Under the pieces are notes generated by a model. That model worked only from the letters and a program-made list of their open reading frames with translations. It had not been told where the DNA came from and made no database searches. Shown in pieces: positions 58,963 through 64,000 of a stretch of 64,000 bases of DNA (within the stretch, counting starts at the first letter, position 1; every line of letters starts with the position of its first letter). Origin of the DNA: Candidatus Micrarchaeia archaeon. Lineage in GTDB: Archaea > Micrarchaeota > Micrarchaeia > Micrarchaeales > CABMGC01. The position numbers were made by a program, and so were the translations under genes. The stretch is from the NCBI GenBank assembly GCA_049966395.1, contig JBMFUT010000001.1, positions 1 through 64,000 on the forward strand. The letters are read 5' to 3'.

Positions 58963-59376
58963 ATGAAAATATTGAACCTTTTCGGGAAGAAGGAAGTGAG
59001 CGACGAAATAACAAAGCGAATGCCCTACTTGATAGTTACAGAATTCGTTCCGTACAAGCTTCACGCCAACAGGAGAAGCAGCGCGACATTGCTGCTTAAG
59101 CTGAAAAATCTATCCTCAGAACCTCTCCTCACTTCTGCGGTAATAGAAGTGCCAAAGCAGATAAGCTTTGACGAGACTGGAATTACCAAAACTAAAGAAG
59201 TAAGGCTCGGCGAACTGGCCCCCAACGAGGAGGCGCTTTCCAAAGTCGACATATTCAGCGATGCAGGAACAGATGCGGGCGAATACACTGTGACTGTGAC
59301 TGCGATGGCGCACTACAGGGACTATGGGCATGTGATAAACGGAATGAGAAAGAGGACTACAATATCCGCGGTATAG
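58963..59376 (+). CDS. hypothetical protein, Ig-like beta sandwich
   Basis: L.LKN...LG.LAPNE...GEYTVTVTA pattern; GGGGAG SD before ATG 58963. Confidence 0.75.
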   Translation: MKILNLFGKKEVSDEITKRMPYLIVTEFVPYKLHANRRSSATLLLKLKNLSSEPLLTSAVIEVPKQISFDETGITKTKEVRLGELAPNEEALSKVDIFSDAGTDAGEYTVTVTAMAHYRDYGHVINGMRKRTTISAV

Positions 59377-59688
59377 CTACTGCGACGGAACATCTGCGCT
59401 TTTCTGTGCAAGAATGTTTACTACATTGGCAATTTCATTGGCTACAGCGTCGCCTTTTTCGGTAAGTTTAACAACCTTGATTTTTCCGTGTTTCTCGTAA
59501 GAGACTATTCCCTGCTGTTCGCAAGCCTTTATGAAATTGCTAGTGTGCACATAAGTCACATTTGCCACTTTTGCAAGGTCCGCAATGTGCCACTCCTGGT
59601 TCTTGTCCTTTAGTGCAATGATTATCTTAGCCTGCTTTCCCTTGAGAATAAGGCCGCCTCCAACCTCTTCTGCGCCGCCTTCTTTCAT
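59377..59688 (-). CDS. winged-helix (MarR-like) transcriptional regulator
   Basis: IADLAK..NVTYVH.S..I...EQQGIV..EKHGKIKVVKLTEKG. Confidence 0.88.
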   Translation of the reverse strand: MKEGGAEEVGGGLILKGKQAKIIIALKDKNQEWHIADLAKVANVTYVHTSNFIKACEQQGIVSYEKHGKIKVVKLTEKGDAVANEIANVVNILAQKSADVPSQ

Positions 59689-59799
59689 TCAAACCACTGG
59701 CATGACTGTATAATGCAAGTAAAAGTTTACTGTAAACATATATAAATATAAAGCGTGCATACTAATAATAAGAGAATCTAAATTGTAGATGGTGGCAAC

Positions 59800-60051
59800 A
59801 TGGTGAAATATATACCTGCAGAGCAGCTTGTTGGGAAGGAGGTCATAACTAGCGACGGCTATGATCTTGGCAAGTTTATCGATGCTGACATAAATGAAGT
59901 CAGCGGAAAGCTGACAGCATTGATACTCGAGCCAAACGTTGACAGCGCATTCGTGAACAAACTGGACGTGAAGGACGGGAAACTGAAGTTGTCTTATTCT
60001 GCGGTAATGGCTGTGAACGACTATATTGTGGTTGACAGGAAATCGATGTAA
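59800..60051 (+). CDS. PRC-barrel domain protein
   Basis: AEQLVGKEVITSDGYDLGKFID...V.AV.DYIVV. Confidence 0.9.
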   Translation: MVKYIPAEQLVGKEVITSDGYDLGKFIDADINEVSGKLTALILEPNVDSAFVNKLDVKDGKLKLSYSAVMAVNDYIVVDRKSM

Positions 60052-60067
60052 AATGTCGGTGATTTAA

Positions 60068-60763
60068 ATTATAGTCGCTGGCGGCGATGAAGCTGGTCGC
60101 GGAGCTGTCATTGGACCTCTTGTCGTAAGTCTTGTCAGCATAAAGAATGGCTATTCAAAGAGGCTTTCGACAATAGGAGTTAGAGACTCAAAAATGCTCA
60201 GCAGAAAAAAGAGGGAATACCTGTACGACGAGATATACGCCCTTGCTGACGACGTTCAGACAAAAATAATAACTCCAGAAGAGATAAACAAGGCAATGGC
60301 AAGCGGAATTTCGCTTAACGAGCTGGAGGCAATGCACTTTGCAAAGCTCATAGATGCCACAAAAGCCGATATAAAGTCTGTTTTCCTGGACTCCCCAGAT
60401 GTCATAGCCGAGCGTTTCGGCGTGAGAATAAGCCTCCTTTCTTCCAAGAACCTTGCTGTAAAGGGAACAAAGAGGCCAATACAAAAAAGCCCTATAAAGC
60501 TCATCTCTGAGCATAAGGCGGATTCAAGATATCCTGTGGTATCGGCAGCAAGCATAATAGCAAAAGTGACAAGGGATAGGGAGATAGACAAGCTTGCTCG
60601 CAAGCTGAATATCAATATTGGCTCTGGCTACCCTTCCGATTCTGAAACAGTCGACGCCATAAGGGCGAATCTGTCGACCAGCAAGCTGCAACCCCACATC
60701 AGGGTCTACTGGAAGACTCTCGAAGGAATAAGGCAGCTTAAAATGTCAGAGTTCGTAAGGTGA
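60068..60763 (+). CDS. rnhB: ribonuclease HII (non-canonical ATT/ATA start)
   Basis: IIVAGGDEAGRGAVIGP at 60068-60118 in frame with VRDSK.L, EHKAD..YPVVSAASIIAKVTRD, GSGYPSD and the C-terminal PIP box QLKMSEF. Confidence 0.95.
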   Translation: MIVAGGDEAGRGAVIGPLVVSLVSIKNGYSKRLSTIGVRDSKMLSRKKREYLYDEIYALADDVQTKIITPEEINKAMASGISLNELEAMHFAKLIDATKADIKSVFLDSPDVIAERFGVRISLLSSKNLAVKGTKRPIQKSPIKLISEHKADSRYPVVSAASIIAKVTRDREIDKLARKLNINIGSGYPSDSETVDAIRANLSTSKLQPHIRVYWKTLEGIRQLKMSEFVR

Positions 60764-60870
60764 ATATTTATTAATGCAATGCGGAATTGTATCTAATGCT
60801 AAAAACTTTTAATTTTGATAAAATAACGTATTCTTGCGGTGAAGTTTCGCGCAGCACGGTTTAAATACAT

Positions 60871-60918
60871 ATACTACTTATTGTATTTCCGGCTTCTCTG
60901 AAATACGATATATTGTGT
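60871..60918 (+). promoter_or_regulatory. tandem NrdR boxes
   Basis: ATACTACTTATTGTAT (60871-60886) and ATACGATATATTGTGT (60903-60918), 32 bp apart, resembling consensus acaCwAtATaTwGtgt, just downstream of TATA-like TTTAAATA (60860-60867). Confidence 0.8.
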
Positions 60919-60923
60919 ATAAT

Positions 60924-61397
60924 ATGCGCTGCCCATATTGCATGTCTGAAAATACCAGCGTCATAGATACAAGGTACGTAGTGGATGACAACAGCGTGAG
61001 AAGGAGGCGCATATGCAACAACTGCAACAAGCGCTTCACAACATATGAGAAAATAAGCCTATCCGACATTACGGTCATAAAGAAGGATTCAACGAGGGAA
61101 AGCTTCGACAGGAGCAAGGTCCTTGCCGGAATAATGAAAGCGTGCGAGAAAAGGCCGATAAGCAGGGAAAAAATGGAAAGCATAGCCAACAAGGTAGAGC
61201 AGCGAATAAGGCGAAGCGGAAGCAAAGAGATAAAGTCGTCAAAAATAGGGGACATGGTCATAAAAGAACTCCTAAAGGTCGACCCAATAGCATACATACG
61301 CTTCGCAAGCGTTTACAAGAATTTCGATTCCGTAGAGGATTTCAACGAAATTGTGAAAATGCTTAAGTCTGCGAGGAACAAGAGGGTGCGGAAATGA
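60924..61397 (+). CDS. nrdR: transcriptional repressor NrdR
   Basis: MRCPYC, VIDTR, RRRRICNNCNKRFTTYE, ATP-cone VIKKD..RESFDRSK, AYIRFASVY. Confidence 0.97.
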   Translation: MRCPYCMSENTSVIDTRYVVDDNSVRRRRICNNCNKRFTTYEKISLSDITVIKKDSTRESFDRSKVLAGIMKACEKRPISREKMESIANKVEQRIRRSGSKEIKSSKIGDMVIKELLKVDPIAYIRFASVYKNFDSVEDFNEIVKMLKSARNKRVRK

Positions 61398-63682
61398 AAA
61401 TATCCAATGTTGTTAAGAGAGATGGGAGCATAGTACCTTTTGACAAGACAAAAATAACAGTAGCAATATCAAAGGCGATGCGCGAGGTTTACGACGGCTC
61501 GCTCACCGACGACGAAATCAAAAGCAAATCTGAGGAATATTCAAACGACGTATACAAGAAACTTGAAGAATTGGGAACTGACCAGCCTACAGTGGAGCAG
61601 ATACAGGATACAGTCGAACAGGCGCTGATGGAGAAGGAGCCGAAAGTTGCAAAGGCCTACATAATATATAGAAACAAAAGGTCCGAACTCAGGGCTTACA
61701 AGGAGTCTCTTGGCATAGAGGACGATCTCAAACTGCCGCTCAATTCTTTGATAGTGCTTGCTGCAAGATACCTGCTTAGGGATGAGCAGCGGCGCATAAT
61801 AGAAACGCCTAAGGCGCTTTTCGAGCGCGTTTCAAAAGCCATAGCCTCGGCAGAGTACAACTACGGCGCAGACGACAAAAAGGTAGAGGAGATTGCAACG
61901 TCGTTCTACGACGCGATGACGAACTTCGATTTCATGCCAAACAGCCCTACATTGATGAATGCAGGAACGTCTCTTGGCCAGCTGAGTGCCTGTTTCGTGC
62001 TGCCGGTAGGGGACTCCATAGAAGAAATATTCGACGCCGTCAAATGGACCGCCATAATACACAAATCCGGCGGAGGCACAGGATTTTCATTCTCGCGGCT
62101 CAGGCCATCTGGCGATGTCGTAAAGCAGACAGGAGGAATAGCGTCAGGGCCAATATCTTTCATGAAAGTTTTCGACGCCGCGACAGAAGAGATAAAGCAG
62201 GGAGGCAAGCGCAGGGGCGCCAACATGGGCATACTTCGCGTAGACCATCCTGACATACTGAATTTCATAGTGGCAAAGGAAAAGGAAGGCGTCCTTAGCA
62301 ACTTCAATATATCCGTTGCAATAACCGACCAATTCATGCAGGCGCTTGAGAGCGGCTCCAACTACAACATAATCAGCCCAAGAACAAAGAAACCAATAGG
62401 GCAGCTCAGCGCAAGGGCGGTTTGGAATCTAATTGTCACAATGGCATGGAGGACCGGAGACCCCGGTGTCGTGTTCATAGACAGGATGAACTCCACGCTG
62501 TCCAATCCTGTGCCTTCCTTCGGCCCAATAGAATCTACGAATCCGTGCGGCGAGCAGCCTTTGTATCCATTCGACTCGTGCAATCTTGGGTCAATAAACC
62601 TCGCGAGGATGCTCAAAGGCAAAAACGACCACTACGAGATAGACTGGGAAAAGTTGAAGAGAATAACTAGGCTTGGCACTCGCTTCCTTGATGATGTCAT
62701 AGACGTTAACCGTTACCCTCTGCCTCAGGTTGAAAAAACCACGAAGGCGATAAGGCGTATAGGTCTTGGAGTGATGGGCTGGGCAGACATGCTCATAAAG
62801 CTCGGCATACCTTACGACTCAAACGAGGCGCTTCTGCTGGCTGAGAAGGTAATGAAATTCATAACGACAGAAGCGCGGAAGATGTCAGAGGAGCTTGCCG
62901 AAGAGCGTGGACCTTTCCCAGAATTCGAGAAAAGCATATGGTACAAGTTTGGAAGCAAGCCGCTGAGAAATTCGACTGTTACAACAATCGCACCGACAGG
63001 CACCATAAGCATAATCGCAGGTGGCACGTCGCAGAGCATAGAGCCAATGTTCTCCGTTGCATATATTAGAAACGTAGAATCAAGCCTTGGCTCCAATCTT
63101 GTGGAAGTTAACAACACCTTCGAGGAGTTTGCAATAAAGTACGGCTTTTACACCGATGCGCTCATAAGAAAGATTGCAGGCAAAACCTCCATACAGGATG
63201 TAGAAGAAATACCAAAGGAAATAAGAAGGCTCTTCGTGACGGCGCACGACATAAAGCCAGAATGGCACGTGAAGATGCAGGCCGCATTCCAGAAGTATGT
63301 GGACAATGCAGTGTCTAAAACAATAAACTTCCCAAGCAGTGCAACCCCCCAGGAAGTCGAAGACGCATACATGCTGGCATACAAGACAGGATGCAAGGGC
63401 ATAACGATATACAGGGATAAAAGCAAGAGCGTCCAGGTGCTTACGGAGCTAAAGGTATCTGGCGTCAAGGAGGCGTCATCCAGACTTTCTCAGGCAGCAG
63501 CAGAACACATGAGAGACACTTCTATAATAGCGAGCACAACAATGAACGAGCTCAAGGAGGAAGCAAAGGATTTCGAGATAGAAGAATATTCTGAGATGCG
63601 CTGCCCAGAGTGCGGTTCCGTAATGATAGCGGGCGAGGGATGCGCCACGTGCCCAGTGTGCGGCTACAGTAAGTGCTCGTAG
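61394..63682 (+). CDS. nrdJ: adenosylcobalamin-dependent (class II) ribonucleotide reductase with N-terminal ATP cone
   Basis: VVKRDG ATP cone, PNSPTLMNAG, LSACFV, TNPCGEQPL, SCNLGSINL, TIAPTGT, C-terminal CPEC...CATCPVCGYSKC; no beta subunit nearby. Confidence 0.93.
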   Translation: MKISNVVKRDGSIVPFDKTKITVAISKAMREVYDGSLTDDEIKSKSEEYSNDVYKKLEELGTDQPTVEQIQDTVEQALMEKEPKVAKAYIIYRNKRSELRAYKESLGIEDDLKLPLNSLIVLAARYLLRDEQRRIIETPKALFERVSKAIASAEYNYGADDKKVEEIATSFYDAMTNFDFMPNSPTLMNAGTSLGQLSACFVLPVGDSIEEIFDAVKWTAIIHKSGGGTGFSFSRLRPSGDVVKQTGGIASGPISFMKVFDAATEEIKQGGKRRGANMGILRVDHPDILNFIVAKEKEGVLSNFNISVAITDQFMQALESGSNYNIISPRTKKPIGQLSARAVWNLIVTMAWRTGDPGVVFIDRMNSTLSNPVPSFGPIESTNPCGEQPLYPFDSCNLGSINLARMLKGKNDHYEIDWEKLKRITRLGTRFLDDVIDVNRYPLPQVEKTTKAIRRIGLGVMGWADMLIKLGIPYDSNEALLLAEKVMKFITTEARKMSEELAEERGPFPEFEKSIWYKFGSKPLRNSTVTTIAPTGTISIIAGGTSQSIEPMFSVAYIRNVESSLGSNLVEVNNTFEEFAIKYGFYTDALIRKIAGKTSIQDVEEIPKEIRRLFVTAHDIKPEWHVKMQAAFQKYVDNAVSKTINFPSSATPQEVEDAYMLAYKTGCKGITIYRDKSKSVQVLTELKVSGVKEASSRLSQAAAEHMRDTSIIASTTMNELKEEAKDFEIEEYSEMRCPECGSVMIAGEGCATCPVCGYSKCS

Positions 63683-63684
63683 CC

Positions 63685-64000
63685 CTACTTGGTAACGACA
63701 TTGCAGGAATCTTTCTCAACTATCATTTCCTTCTCCGTTTGGGCAACCATTCCCTTGCTGCTTTCGATCAGCACTGGGAATGACTCTATATTTTCAATTC
63801 TTGCCATTTCATTTAGCGCTGCCTTTACCTTGAATTCAGAGCCAAACTTGCTGCTAAGCCACCTGAGCGCAAAAGGATAGGTTGAAAAGTTCTCATCTAT
63901 GAATCCCGCAACTTCCCTGGAATCTTGAGATCTGAGCTGCGCGGGCCCAAGTTTCCTGAATATCTGCACGTAGTCCCCATCGCTCACGTAGCCTTTGCCT
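63685..64000 (-). CDS. map: type II methionine aminopeptidase, C-terminal part (partial)
   Basis: F.TYPFA.RWL insert-domain pattern and FPVLIE...GMVAQ.E..MIV. Confidence 0.85.
   Translation of the reverse strand, partial: GKGYVSDGDYVQIFRKLGPAQLRSQDSREVAGFIDENFSTYPFALRWLSSKFGSEFKVKAALNEMARIENIESFPVLIESSKGMVAQTEKEMIVEKDSCNVVTK

Noticed and set aside
60764..60923. Cobalamin riboswitch upstream of nrdR-nrdJ
   Set aside because: The region is short and AT-rich with no B12-box-like sequence; it is explained by the promoter and NrdR boxes
63685..63760. Inactive methionine aminopeptidase (QTEKE instead of Q.EHT)
   Set aside because: The metal-binding Glu is retained and the rest of the active site lies outside the window
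1..64000. CRISPR array, transposase, integrase, prophage or defence island
   Set aside because: No regularly spaced direct repeats or recognisable mobile or defence proteins; the window is almost entirely housekeeping genes

Overview
Gene-dense core-genome segment of a small-genome archaeon. The gene set (PolD, gyrase, single-OB SSB, pilin-like surface proteins), GGTGA Shine-Dalgarno motifs and tRNAs with non-canonical mini-introns suggest DPANN, most likely Micrarchaeota (inference). It carries replication/repair genes (polB/polC, cdc6, GINS, mre11, radA, gyrBA, lhr, rnhB), the exosome/proteasome/RNase P superoperon, secY, hisS, aIF2-alpha, TFE and a histone. Energy and central metabolism genes are a K+-independent H+-PPase, ADP-forming acetyl-CoA synthetase, an ArcE-like arginine synthetase, aconitase, isocitrate dehydrogenase and nrdR-nrdJ. 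Features found by reading outside the ORF track: four tRNAs (two with 11-13 nt introns at non-canonical positions, two with C instead of U at position 55), a box C/D guide RNA in the histone leader predicted to target tRNA-Leu(CAA) C34, rpoP, a 31-aa Lys/Arg-rich ORF, and tandem NrdR boxes. Also found: up to three genes apparently starting at non-canonical codons (ATT/ATA, GCG, ACG), an inverted-repeat/AT-rich oriC- or MITE-like element, and candidate structured ncRNAs. No CRISPR array, transposase or integrase was seen. All calls come from motif recognition by eye; no database search was run.
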